Assembly: GCA_964016885.1 (NCBI GenBank)
Contig: OZ024742.1
Location: 260,648,001 to 260,712,000, forward strand
Source: Eledone cirrhosa
Taxonomy: Eukaryota
DNA length: 64,000 nucleotides
Direction: 5' to 3'
Shown here: in pieces, positions 51,651 through 63,411 of the stretch
How positions within the stretch are numbered: the first letter of the stretch is position 1
Layout: each line of letters starts with the position of its first letter
Made by a program: the position numbers and the translations under genes
Notes under the pieces: generated by a model
The model's database searches: none
What the model was told of the DNA's origin: nothing
What the model saw: only the letters and a program-made list of their open reading frames with translations

Positions 51651-52324
51651 GCTCTACCGAGAATGCAAAGTGTTCCAAACAAAATATTAGAAGGGAACCA
51701 AAAACAGGTTGTGAGCAATGCAAGGTAAATCTGTTTCAAGTCTTATCATCTGGAACATAAATTATGTATATGTTGATACTTACAGAAAATAATTTTTTTG
51801 CATATTAAATTGTTTTTAATTTAATAATCTGTAAATATGAAATTTTTAGGGAAATTCAGTTTTGAATCTTCACTAAAAATGTCATGCTTTTATCTTAATA
51901 AACGTTGAGCAATTTTGTGTGGTCACGTTAAAAAACTTAATTTGGCACACTGATAATCGTCATCACTTAACATCCAGTTTCCCTGATAGCAAGGGTTGGA
52001 CAGGTCTTCATAGACCAAGTCAGGTGTGAAGCAGGGCTACAGGCCTCTCAGACAGGCCAATGGTCTGAGTGCATTTTATCGTGGCACCAACACAAGAGAG
52101 GTTGTCATGTCTTTAATACAACTGAAGGTCCTCCCAACCCTTTAATTGACAAGCTTTCTATGGCTGGATATCCTTCATATCACCAATCACTTTAAAGGAG
52201 AAGGGAGATAGGTATGAGGTTAGGGATATACAGCAAGTGTGGTGTGATTTGACAAGGTGATTGATGGAGAAGGCGTGATTTTGATAGCACAGAGGAAGAA
52301 GGGATGTAATTGTGGTGAGAATAT

Positions 52325-52780
52325 CATCATCATCATCATCATCCATGTTCCACGCTTGCATGGGTTTGGACGGGAGTTTTCCGACTTGAGGCAAGAGTGG
52401 TTGTCTTGCTCGCATAGGACTGTCTGGCGGGTTTTCTACAGTTGGATGCCCTTCCTAACACCAACCAGATTTACAGTGTGGGGCTGGGAGGTTTTTACCG
52501 TGTTGCCTACACGGCCACATTACAGCGTGGACTGTCTGGCGGGTTTTCTACAGCTGGATGCCCTTCCTAACACCAACCACATTTACAGTGTGGGGCTGGG
52601 AGGTTTTTACCGTGTTGCCTACACGGCCACATTTACAGCGTGGACTGTGTGTTTTTTTTTGTCGTGACACCTACACGATCTCATTTGTTTCGGCCTGGAT
52701 TTTGTGGCACCAACATAACTTTACATTGAAAGGGGTGGTGTGGATTGGGTAGTGGAACGGGGGTGTATTTTTGTTAGAGA
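52325..52780 (-). mobile_element. SINE/RTE-tail-related repeat with a ~112-bp internal duplication
   Basis: Matches 27117-27430. ggactgtctggcgggttttctacag occurs twice (52417, 52529); (cat)n tail. Confidence 0.7.
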
Positions 52781-53224
52781 TGCCTACTGACTGTAGTAGG
52801 TTTTACTTTGTATTTAGGTAAGGCGGGTCTTCTCTATTACTGAGTACCGCCAAAGGTCTCGGTCCAGTGACATTGTCTTGGAGAGGTGTAAGTGTGTGAG
52901 GTCGGAATTTATCAGCTCGTCCCAGGTTTTTCTGGGTCTGCCTACTCCGTGGAATATCTAAGCAGAGATTGCAGTGGCGTGGTCAATAGTGCAGGGGAGT
53001 GAAGACACTCACCAGTGTCAGGTAGGGGAGAGAATAGCTAAGGAGTGATAGTGGAGGGGCTTATGTGGGGTACACAGGGGTAGGTAGAGTAGCTATCTGG
53101 GTGCAATAGTGAGGGTATCTAAGGGCTTTAGAGGGGGAAGTAACTAAAGAGTAATACTAGTGGGGGTGTGCAGTGATAGTGAGTGCTAGTGGCAGAACGG
53201 ACACAGGGATAAGTCAGGTTATAT

Positions 53225-53545
53225 TCTATGTTGTTGGCTTAGTCTTCACCAACACAACATAATGCCTGCCCTTGTAGTCCTTTGTCATCTCTGTTGTAAG
53301 GTTTAATTTCTTGAAGCTGGTCTTTAAAACCTCGTCCAAAGTTTTTCTGATTCTGCCTCTTCCAAAGGTCCCAACCACTGGGGTTTCTCTATATTTTTTC
53401 ATGCAGCTGCTATCTTCCATGCCTATCACATGTCCATACCAATGAAGTCTTCTCTCTTACATCCGATTTCTCTTATGCTATGTTTTTCTCTGTTTGCTTA
53501 TGCTACATCATTTATGCACACTAACATTAAACATCCATTGGAGCA
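53225..53545 (-). mobile_element. RTE LINE 3' fragment
   Basis: RRLHWYGHVIGMEDSSCMKK..GTFGRGRIRKTLDEV. Confidence 0.7.
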
Positions 53546-53698
53546 TGTAACACTGATATATATAAACAAATTTATTTATTATAAAATATATTGTTCTTTA
53601 TAGAATACATTATAACAAATTGTTTATCATATGTGTGAATATGTTTGTGTTGAGTTAAATAACAACTTCCAGAAATTATTTTAATAAAGATATCATTG

Positions 53699-54784
53699 TT
53701 ATGATGGTCTCTCTCCTGTGTGGATACGTATGTGGGAAGACAAACGACCCCTCGAAGAAAATGATTCATCGCAGATACCACAGTGATATGGCTTTTTTTC
53801 AGTGTGGATATGTCTGTGTCTTGTTAAATTGCGATTTGTAGTAAATGTTTTAGAACAGATATCACAGTGGTATGGTCTTTCTCCTGTGTGAATAGGTTTA
53901 TGTTGAGATAAACTAGAACTTTGAGTAAATGTTTTACCACAGATATCACAGTGGTAGGGTTTTTCTCCTGTGTGGGTACGTTTGTGGGTTGACAAATGAC
54001 TACTTGTCGAAAACTTTTTATCGCAGATATCACATTGGTATGGTTTCTCTCCTGTGTGAATCCGTTTGTGTTTAGATAAACTACTATTTTGAGAGAATGT
54101 TGTACCACAAATATCACAATAATGTGTTCGTCCTCCAGTGTGCATATGTTTGTGGGCAGACAACTCAGCATTTCTAGAAAATATTTTACCACAGATATCA
54201 CAGCGATATGGTCTTCCTCCTGTATGAATATGTCTGTGAGAAGACAAAGCATCACTTCTAGAAAATGTTTTACCACAGAAATCACATGTGTAGGGACTTT
54301 CACCTGTGTGGATACGTTTGTGGTTAGTTAAATGACCACTCCTAGAAAATGTTTCACTGCAGATATCACAATGATATGGTCTTTCTCCTGTGTGGATATA
54401 TTTATGGAAAGCTAACTGACCACTTCTAGAAAATGTTTTACCACAAATATCACATTGGTATGGCCTTTCTCCAAGTTGAATACATTTGTGAGATGACAAA
54501 TGTTCCTTTGTAGAAAATGTTTCATCACAGATATAACACTGATATAATTTTTCTCCTGTATGGATGTGTTTATGTTGAGTTAGTAGACTGTTTTTGGCAA
54601 ATCTCTTACCACAAACATTGCACTCATTTATTTTTGATACCAAGTGAATTAATTTGTGTTGAATTAAAATCTTTCTTGTTGTGTATAACTTCCCACAGAT
54701 ATCACAATGATATGGTTTCTCTTCTGTATCTTCCTCAGTGTCAGTAGATGAATCAATATTTTCAGCCTGCATTTTCTCATCCAT
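53699..54784 (-). CDS. C2H2 zinc-finger protein, 361 aa from MDEK, 12 fingers (finger 3 degenerate)
   Basis: Intact ORF. Start chosen by homology to the MNEK/MDEK starts of paralogues (an upstream in-frame ATG exists at 54820). Acceptor at 55161. Confidence 0.92.
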   Translation of the reverse strand: MDEKMQAENIDSSTDTEEDTEEKPYHCDICGKLYTTRKILIQHKLIHLVSKINECNVCGKRFAKNSLLTQHKHIHTGEKLYQCYICDETFSTKEHLSSHKCIQLGERPYQCDICGKTFSRSGQLAFHKYIHTGERPYHCDICSETFSRSGHLTNHKRIHTGESPYTCDFCGKTFSRSDALSSHRHIHTGGRPYRCDICGKIFSRNAELSAHKHMHTGGRTHYCDICGTTFSQNSSLSKHKRIHTGEKPYQCDICDKKFSTSSHLSTHKRTHTGEKPYHCDICGKTFTQSSSLSQHKPIHTGERPYHCDICSKTFTTNRNLTRHRHIHTEKKPYHCGICDESFSSRGRLSSHIRIHTGERPS

Positions 54785-55474
54785 AACTTTCTCTTTTAAT
54801 ATATATTTTCCCTGTATCATGATTTTCTGTAAACATCTAGTGATGTCTTGGCTGTTGAGAAAGCAGAGCAAGTGAATTTATTAGGATATACACATGTAAT
54901 TAATAACCAGCAAGTAAAGTTAAAACTTTGTGGTCAATCACCAAAGCTTAATCTGTACAGAAAATCTTTCAGTAAACATTTCTATTGGATTTTTGCCAAT
55001 TATCTCAATTCCAACGAAATATTTCACATCCATTCAACCAAGAGTTGTAGAAAAAATCTGCCATCAGGTTGAAGTTATTTTTACTTTTAAAAAGTTTATT
55101 AATACGATGATCATCAATCATCTTCAATGAAATATTCTTATCTCAATGACATCAGATAACCTGAAATAAAAAGACATAAAACATAAGGGACAATCAAGAG
55201 TATCAAAGAGAATATATTTGACCAAAGATATTGAAAGTTAGAATAGCAAGAAACGGCCAGAAGATATTTACAGAGAAAAGACACTCTCATATAGAGATGA
55301 GGTGGAAATGGATGATGTAGGTTTTGGTTTTAGATGTCGGAATGAAAATATTCAGAGATAACCACTGATCACTATACCTTAAACTACAGAACATATTTAC
55401 TGAGAAAAGGCAATCTGTTGGAAATGGATGATGAGGTACACAGACACGTCTCTAGGGTATATTTACAATAATAT

Positions 55475-56235
55475 AATTATTCTCCACCAAACTTAGGTGG
55501 GGTGTGGATGTGGAAAAATCTGACGGCTTTTCTCTCTTCCTTTTTCTACAAAGCTAGTCGTTTCCGACTTGTTTGCAGGTTGTATTCGTTGATAGCACAC
55601 AAAAAAAAAAATGATAGAGAAACCCCACCCCTTCGTTTTCCAAATGATAACACCCAACCCCTTCGTTTTCCAAAGGTAAAAAAGTCAATTGCAAGCAAGT
55701 TAGATTAATTGATAGCACACGGAAAAAAAATATTTCCCACTAAAATCGAGATTTAAAAAACAAACAGAATTAGTCGTTTAGTTTACATATTGAGACCCTA
55801 GCCCATCCTATTTATATTATAACGTATGGGATTTCTAGTAATGTACTTTTTTTTTGTCATGTATGTTTTTTAATGTATAAAGAAAATTAATTGTCGCAGG
55901 GATGCTACCATTTAAAATAAAATTTCGCAGGAGATAGATTAGCGAAATGGTGGGGGTGGGGGGGTTTAAACATTAATGGTATTATTATAGATTTCAGTGT
56001 GGGGGTCTTTTTCCTCGTTTTTTTTTCTTCTTTTTCTGTGTGCTATCAACTAATCTAGCCTCCAAGACTCTGGCAATCGCCTTTTTTTTCTCCGGAGAAC
56101 GTATTATCAACAAATAGAACTCGAAACCTGTCGGAAACGACTAGATTTGTAGAAGAGGCGGAGTGAAAGGGGGTGAAAAGAACATCAGAGTTTCGCAGAT
56201 CGACACACCTCTTGTGTTTGGTGGGAAATAATCAT
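55475..56235. mobile_element. MITE/foldback element in ZNF intron 1, same family as the 4.4-10 kb satellite arms
   Basis: Diverged inverted arms 55475-55735 and 56030-56235 (attattctccaccaaac / gtttggtgggaaataat; ctacaaagctagtcgtttccgac / gtcggaaacgactagatttgtag). Confidence 0.7.
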
Positions 56236-56545
56236 CTTTCCTTGATTTCTTCTGGACCTCTTACATTCTTATTACTCTAGGGAGTGGTGAGATTTACAAG
56301 TAGTGTTTGTGGAGACAGCACTGGGTCGCCAATATGGAGATATTGTACATACAGACGTGTTTACAATTATTAAAACATATAATGTTGACTAAAATATAGA
56401 TATAGTCTATAGTGCAGTATAGCCAAATTGAACAGATAAAAGAAAACAGAATATTGCTGGGAGCCGAAATGGTCTGGATGAAGTAGACATGTAAATATAA
56501 AAGAGAGTTTTCTATAAAAGAAATGCTGTAAAATATATTAATGTT

Positions 56546-56908
56546 ACTTACTTATATGATGAAATAATGTTTCTACTTTTGGCACAAGGCCAGCAAATAT
56601 CCAGTACATTACTGGTACTTTATTTTATCGACCCCGTAAGGATGAAAGGCAAAGTTAACCTCGGCGGGATTTGAACTATATGATGAAATAATGATAGATG
56701 TACTAAGTAATAGCACTTGAAATTGATAGATTGAGCAGAACCTATAACTACTTCTTACAAGATATCTCTATTTTCTACAGGTTAGTGAACAATCTTCTAA
56801 GTTAACTAGAGAAGTTAATCAGTTATTAATATCAGAGGAAATATATATAAAGAAATAATAATATTTACATAGTTTATAAATTTAATGGAGACTACATAAC
56901 GGAAGTGA
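56546..56908 (-). promoter_or_regulatory. Putative ZNF promoter motif plus exon 1 and donor
   Basis: TCACTTCCGT at 56899-56908 (-), exon homology at 56740-56845, donor GTAAGT at 56546-56551. Confidence 0.6.
56570..56676 (-). mobile_element. 5'-truncated SINE B with a 17-bp target-site duplication
   Basis: tatatgatgaaataatg at 56553-56569 and 56677-56693. Confidence 0.9.
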
Positions 56909-57249
56909 CTTTGATTATATATGAGAAGTTACCTCTAATCATTAGAGAGCAGGGTTCGTATGTTTTCAGTGTTATTTTGCTACTAAAATATCTTATCGTC
57001 ATGGTAGGTAATAAAAGGGTTAAAGGTTATATATTTATTTATAAACTTTTAAATTTGAGAGGAGCAACAAATGTTAAATTAGTCACTCCTTATAAAAGAA
57101 AATAAGTTGATATTTAGGTTAATATAGAGAACTGTGAAGAACACAACACAGACAACAGAACGGATGCTACAAAAGCACAACCAAAATTAATTGGTACATG
57201 AAGGGAATGGTAAAGGTTCTAGGATCACAAAAGAGTGAGAGTGGTGGGC

Positions 57250-57673
57250 TCTAGGCGTAGGGCGCAGCAGTGTTGGGGCTGCGCTCCGCCGAGAAGACCG
57301 CAAATACATTTACACGGACAAGGGCCAGCAACTGATATCCCACCTCACGGGGCTGCTGACGTTCCGATCTTGCAGAGGAGCCCGGCAGTACTGGGACCAA
57401 GTATGCTTGAGGTCTCGACGGCGACCGGTGTAAAGAGGAAACAGCCGACAATCCCCGGAATTTGTTTGTCTTCCTTTCCTCTGCATTGCGGGCCACAATA
57501 TCGGGGCTTGTGATCGAAGCAACTAAGTTGGAGTTGGAGAATGTGTCGCAACATGTTGCGTCCCAGATGAGGGATCTACCTCCTTCGAATGGGAAGAGGG
57601 TAATTCGGTCGGGGTGCTTGCCGTCTCCACGGTCGAGAACCTGCTGGCTCCATTTGTGATAGGAAGCCAGCTG
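57250..57673 (-). mobile_element. CRE-clade-like non-LTR retrotransposon, restriction-like endonuclease domain
   Basis: Manual translation LDRGDGKHPDRITLFPFEGGRSLIWDATCCDTF..ARNAEERKTNKF, then (frameshift) FTPVAVETSSILG. Resembles the DGKRPDG..WD..AE..K..KY..F.P.A.ET RLE motif. Confidence 0.75.
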
Positions 57674-58413
57674 TGTAACGGAATATTATGTGTGGCTGTA
57701 ACGATAAGTGGATGGATGGATGTAACTGTTAGTATGGTGGTTTCGATGTAAAGAAAAATACCAGGATTGTGTTGTTACAAAGTTTATTTTATTATAACAA
57801 TATTCAATTTGAATATTGAATGATAAAATCAATAACACAAAATATTCATACAATAATTTGGTGGCTCTTCGAGCCACGTAAATTCAAGTATCACAGAATA
57901 CGATTATAATATAATTTGTACTGTATCAGAAAGGTACAATATGTGTAAACAGAAATGGTGCGTGTAAAAATACTGAACTCACTATGAATGCGTGTGTGCG
58001 TATCAGTATATTTAATTATTTGTATTGCAGGAGTCAGCGATCAGCCAGGAAGGTGAGAATAAGTGGCAGACTGGTTTTTCGTGACGAGAGCTTGTAAATG
58101 CGACTTGTCTTGTCTGTATATCACTTCTTTTTTTCCGAGGCGTAAACAACCCCTGTATTTATAAGAGTTGAAGTTAGAAGGATAGATATATCCTCTGAAC
58201 TTTGGTTAGTCTCCCAAGGGATTAGTTTGCCAAGCGTAAACAAGTAAGAAAGATGGATATATCCTCTGACCTATTTTCTGTCAGGTGTAAACACCTCTGA
58301 CCTGTGTTTAGCCTCTCCCAAGGGGTTAGTCTCTTGAGCGTAAACAACATACCACTGCTTGTCCCAGAGGCGGGAAAACTCAGATTCGGTTTCGAATCTT
58401 CGCCGCCGTTATA
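57674..58413 (-). repeat. Gypsy 3' LTR (740 bp)
   Basis: Termini tgtaacgg...ccgttata. Polypurine tract ggaaggggggg at 58417-58427 (-). Confidence 0.9.
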
Positions 58414-58788
58414 GTACCCCCCCTTCCAGTGAGAAAGCTAAGATTGAACGATCTAGGTGCATGTGAAATGAAGATAGCTATGACTAGGTGTTGTTGAAGA
58501 AAATCAGTAAAAACAAAAAACACATGAAAGTCATTTACAAACAGGAGAAATGAAAGAAAACATGTAAAGCAAAAGAAATTTACATGCAGGAAAATGTACT
58601 GTGATGTTACATAAAATTGAAAATGTTCGTACGAAAAGTTTGTTGATTAAAAGTTCGTTCATTTCATAGAAACGGAAAAATGTTCTTTAGTCTGTTCTTT
58701 TGATGTGGGTGATGCACAGAGTTAATTGATTTGTGTGTAACAATAGTTCATGACCACAGAAATTGGCCGATTCGTTGAAATGTATAAA

Positions 58789-60314
58789 TTAGCCGAAATG
58801 TCGACCAGGTGTACTTACCCGATAAACTTGTACGTATCGCGTGGGCCATCTGACTGTTGTTCCAGATTTGGTGTGTCGGGGTTGTGCAGAATTTGTCGTG
58901 TTTGTGTCGGGCAAAGTTGTTGGTGAGTCTGCTGGAGAAACGGTGGGTACTGGTGGCAATTCCTGCTCTATGAACGCTTTTTTTAAACGATCAATGGAGA
59001 CGGTATTTCGTTTCCCGTTCAAGTCGAGGACGAAATACTTAGGGCGTTTCTGTATCACCTTATGGGGCCCGGAATACGGCGGACGAAGTTGCGATGGAAT
59101 ACCGTCATTTCAAACGAAAACATGTGTCCATGTATCGATGTCTTTTGGTATGTGTGAAGTAACGTGCTGTTGTTTAGGGGCTGAAGGAGACAGATGCGAT
59201 ATCGATGACCGTAAACGGTGCACATATTTTGTTGGGTCTGGAAGTTCTTGTGGCGAAACAGGAGCGATCATTTGTCCGGGTAGAGTGAGTACGGTGCCAT
59301 ACAACATTTCAGCCGGAGAATGTCCGACTCCCTCCTTAACAGTGGAACGAATACCAAGAAGAGTGAGTGGGAGGTATTCGAACCAGTTAGTGGAGTCTTC
59401 GTAAGCCTTGATATATGCTTTTAGCTGGCAGTGGAAGCGTTCTACCATGCCGTTAGCGGCAGGGTCATACGCTGTTGTACGGATGTGTTTGCACCCGAGG
59501 AGACGAGTCAGCTCGGTAAATAGGTGCGAATCGAACTGACGTCCTCTATCCGTAGTGATGGTCGCGGGTGTGCCGAAACGCGAAACCCAGTGAAACACTA
59601 GCGTTTTGGCGACAGTTTCCGCAGTAATATCCGTCAGGGGAAAAGCTTCTGGCCAGCGAGAAATCGGTCAACACAGGTGAGAAGATGAGTGTAGTTGTGA
59701 GAAGGAGGCAAAGGTCCAACGATGTCTATATGCACACATTGGAACCGTTCACCAGGTGTTGCGAAAGAACCGATCGGGGCTTTGATGTGCCGGTGAATTT
59801 TCGCCTTCTGGACCGCGATACAGTTCCTAGCCCATTCGCGGGTCTCCTTGTTGATGTTGGGCCACACAAAGCGGGCAACCATCAGTTTCTGCGTGGCACG
59901 GACGCCAGGGTGTGCCAGAGAATGCAGTGCCGAGAAAACGTCGCGTCGATGTTTCCGGGGCACGTATGGGCGCTCGTGGCCTGTGGAGATATCGCACCAA
60001 ATATAACCTGAAGAAGAGGGCAGCGGGCATTCCTTCAATTTCAAGGATGATTCCCGGAGTTGCAGCAGTTCCTCGTCATTCTGTTGATCCGCTGCAATCC
60101 TCTGGAGGTCGATAGTGGCAGTGGTGTGGATTGCGTTAAGCTCCATGCGCGATAGGGCATCAGCTGCTGAGTTGGTGACACCCGTAATGTACCGAATGTC
60201 AGTAGTGTACTGAGAAATGAAGTCCAGATGTCGGACCTCCCTGGGTGAGTGTCGGTCAGGCTTGGCGTTGAACGCGTACACTAGTGGTTTGTGGTCGGTG
60301 TATATAGAGAACAC
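58789..60314 (-). pseudogene. Gypsy integrase (fragmented)
   Basis: HSLAHPG, VHIDIVGPLP, ITTDRGRQF, ANGMVERF and PPYSGPH (GPY/F) across frames. Confidence 0.9.
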
Positions 60315-61992
60315 ACGACTTCTAGCATGTGTCGAAAATGCTTGACAGCAAGGTATGCTGCCAATAATTCACGACTGAATGTGCTGTACTTAGTTTCGGC
60401 GGGTTTTAATCGCTTCGAGAAAAAAGATACAGGTCGCCAAATATCGTCAGAGAGTTGTTGAAGCACACCTCCAACTCCGAAATCGGATGCATCAGTCAAT
60501 AAACACATTGGGGCGTCAGGTTTGGGGTAACTCAGCATTGTAGCCTCGGACAACATTTTCTTCAACTCAGCGAAAGCGGTACATTCTTTTTCGCTGAGAT
60601 TGATGTTTGCGTTTTTGGTTGTACGCTGCTGCAGCAAATCTGTGAGTGGTTGGGCTGTCTCTGCACAGTGGGGTATAAATCTTCTGTAGAAGTTTACCAG
60701 GCCAATAAATTCTCGCAGTTTGCGGAGAGATGTAGGTTGTGGAAAATCAATGATTGATTTGACTTTCTACTTAAGTGGGCGAATACCATCTGTGTCCCAG
60801 AAAATGAAGGGACGCAACTCCGAACTCACATTTGCTGGGGTTGATAACAATTCCGTATTCACGCAAACGTGTGAATAGGAGATCCAGGTGTTTCTCATGT
60901 CTTCATCGGAGCTGCTGGCCACCAGTAAGTCGTCAATGTATGCGTATACAAAAGGTAGACCTCTGGTGGCTGTATCGATGAATCGCTGGAATGTCTGCGC
61001 TGCATTTCGCAAACCGAAAGGCATACGCAGAAATTTGAACATTCCAAAGGGTGTTGTGAGCGCGGTCTTTGGAATATCTGCGGGCTCAACGGGTATCTGA
61101 TTGTAAGCTCGCACAAGATCGATCTTCGAAAATATGCGAGCCCCGTGCAGCGAGCTAGAGAAGTCCTGTAGATGAGGCACTGGATTAGAGTCAAGAACGG
61201 TGTAGTTGTTCAGTGCACGGTAGTCGCCACAGATTCGCCAGTCGTTCGACGACTTCTTGGGTACACAGTGTATAGGTGAGGACCAGTTGCTGCTGGACGG
61301 ATGTATGATGCCGAGATCCAGCATGTGCTGAAATTCTTGTTTGACGGACTTCAGCCGGTCTGGTGGTAGCCTTCTAGGTCGTGCAGCGACAGGTGGGCCG
61401 TGTGTTTTTATGTGGTGTGTGACGTCATGTTTTACAGGGCAAGCGTTGAATAGTGGTCGAGCTACGTCTGGGTATTTGTTGATGATGTGGTTGTGCCGGG
61501 TTGTTGTTGTCGATCGTGAAATGACTGGACTGGCTGTGGCTGTCCTAGCGGCTATGTCGCGCGCAGCGAAACCAGTGGAGTTGTCAACGAGTCGTTGGTT
61601 TTTCAGGTCCACTAAAATAGGGGCGGCAGCTTAGCCACAACGAATACCCACTGGAAAGTGCGGCGTAGTCCCAAATTTAGTGTCAGGGACTGTTCTCCGT
61701 AGGTCAGAATATGTGAGTGATTCACCGCCTGGAGCCAGGCTGGTGTCTCTCTCCTTTTTCCAGGAACGCAGAAAACTGGGATGATGCTGACTTCAGCACC
61801 AGTGTCTACCAGGAAACGCATGCCTGTGACGCGGTTCTGAATGAAAAATAGGCGACTTTGGTTATGAGGGCCAGAAACGTCCGTCGCATTCAGTTTCTGG
61901 CTGTGTCGTTTCCCTGATTCGTTTTCGAAACAAATGAACAGGGATGGCTGCACTTTTGCGCTCGTCTCCCGAATCTTTGGTGGTACCAACAC
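60281..61992 (-). pseudogene. Gypsy protease, reverse transcriptase and RNase H (fragmented)
   Basis: FLVDTGAEVSII; [31 protein letters not shown]; LTDASDFGVGGVLQQ, YSTFSRELLA. Confidence 0.92.
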
Positions 61993-62773
61993 ATTTCTGG
62001 TGAATCCCGAGATGCGCTCGGACTTCTTGAGCGACCACCAAATCGGCGGGTTCGACTGTTGGACCGACGCGTGGCAGGGTTACCCAGTGACAAGGCCTGA
62101 ATTTGTTGCGTCAAGGCATGTATCTGTGTTGCTTGCTGTGCCAGTAACTGGTGTAGATCGGGCATCTCTGTGGCACTGGAGGGCTGAAGGAAAGGATTGG
62201 TGGGAGGCACAGCTGGCGTCACATCCGCTAAAGTTGAGTGCGGATGTGGTACCTCCATGATCTTATCTGCCAGCTCCGCGAGTTCTTCTATGGTAGTGGA
62301 CTCCCTGGTGGATGCTAGTACAACTTGTGTGGCAGAAGGCAAACGCTGGAGGAAGAGTTGCTTGAAAATTTCATCCGGGAGTTTATGTTTTTCCCCAGGA
62401 GCTGCTTCATTCGCCATAAGAGTTGTGTCGGCTTTTTATCTCCTAATTCATCCGATATGAGGAGCTGGTGCAAACGCTTCTGCTGCGACTCCGACGTCCG
62501 CTTAACTAATGTTCTTTTAAATGTGTCATATGACACAGAGCCGGGTGATGCTAAAATGAGGTCTCAAACCGCATTCATAATCTCCAGAGACATCGAATCG
62601 ATGACATGTGTGAGACGGGATGCCTCGCTAACGATCCGGTTCGATGCGAACTGCGCTTCGATGTGCGCGAACCATAGTGTTGGATCGTGCACCCAGAATG
62701 GTGGAATCCTTAATGTAAATGCCGCCCTGACTGTCATTTCTGCCGTAGATGAATTGTTGTGTGCTAGAGACAT
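61890..62773 (-). pseudogene. Gypsy gag (fragmented)
   Basis: IPPFWVHDPTLWFAHIEAQF N-terminus; ELGDKKPTQLL; CWYHQRFG..CSHPC knuckle. Confidence 0.88.
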
Positions 62774-62815
62774 CGTTTGTAGTGGATGATCAGAAGGTTG
62801 TGTGTCTGTTTTACT

Positions 62816-62824
62816 GGGTCACCA
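62816..62824 (-). promoter_or_regulatory. Primer-binding site (tRNA-Trp-like)
   Basis: TGGTGACCC, 2 nt after the LTR ..TTACA, is complementary to a tRNA 3' end GGGUCACCA. Confidence 0.7.
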
Positions 62825-62826
62825 GT

Positions 62827-63411
62827 TGTAACGGAATATTATGTGTGGTTGAAACGATAAGTGGATGGATGGATGTAACTGTTAGTATGGTGGTTTCGAT
62901 GTAAAGAAAAATACCAGGATTGTGTTGTTACAAAGTTTATTTTATTATAACAATATTCAATTTGAATATTGAATGATAAAATCAATAACACACAATATTC
63001 ATACAATAATTTGGTGGCTCTTCGAGCCACGTAAATTCAAGTATCACAGAATACGATTATAATATAATTTGTACTGTATCAGAAAGGTACAATATGTGTA
63101 AACAGAAATGGTGCGTGTAAAAATACTGAACTCACTATGAATGCGTGTGTGCGTATCAGTATATTTAATTATTTGTATTGCAGGAGTCAGCGATCAGCCA
63201 GGAAGGTGAGAATAAGTGGCAGACTGGTTTTTCGTGACGAGAGCTTGTAAATGCGACTTGTCTTGTCTGATATCACTTCTTTTTTTCCGGGGCGTAAACA
63301 ACCCCTGTATTTATAAGAGTTGAAGTTAGAAGGATAGATATATCCTCTGAACTTTGGTTAGTCTCCCAAGGGATTAGTTTGCCAAGCGTAAACAAGTCAG
63401 AAAGATGGATA
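62827..63411 (-). repeat. Gypsy 5' LTR, interrupted
   Basis: Matches 57674-58259, then diverges abruptly. Confidence 0.92.

Larger units (their letters stand above)
57674..63411 (-). mobile_element. Ty3/Gypsy LTR retrotransposon (gag-PR-RT-RH-IN), frameshifted
   Basis: Paired LTRs, PBS, PPT and domain order RT-RH-IN. Confidence 0.95.
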
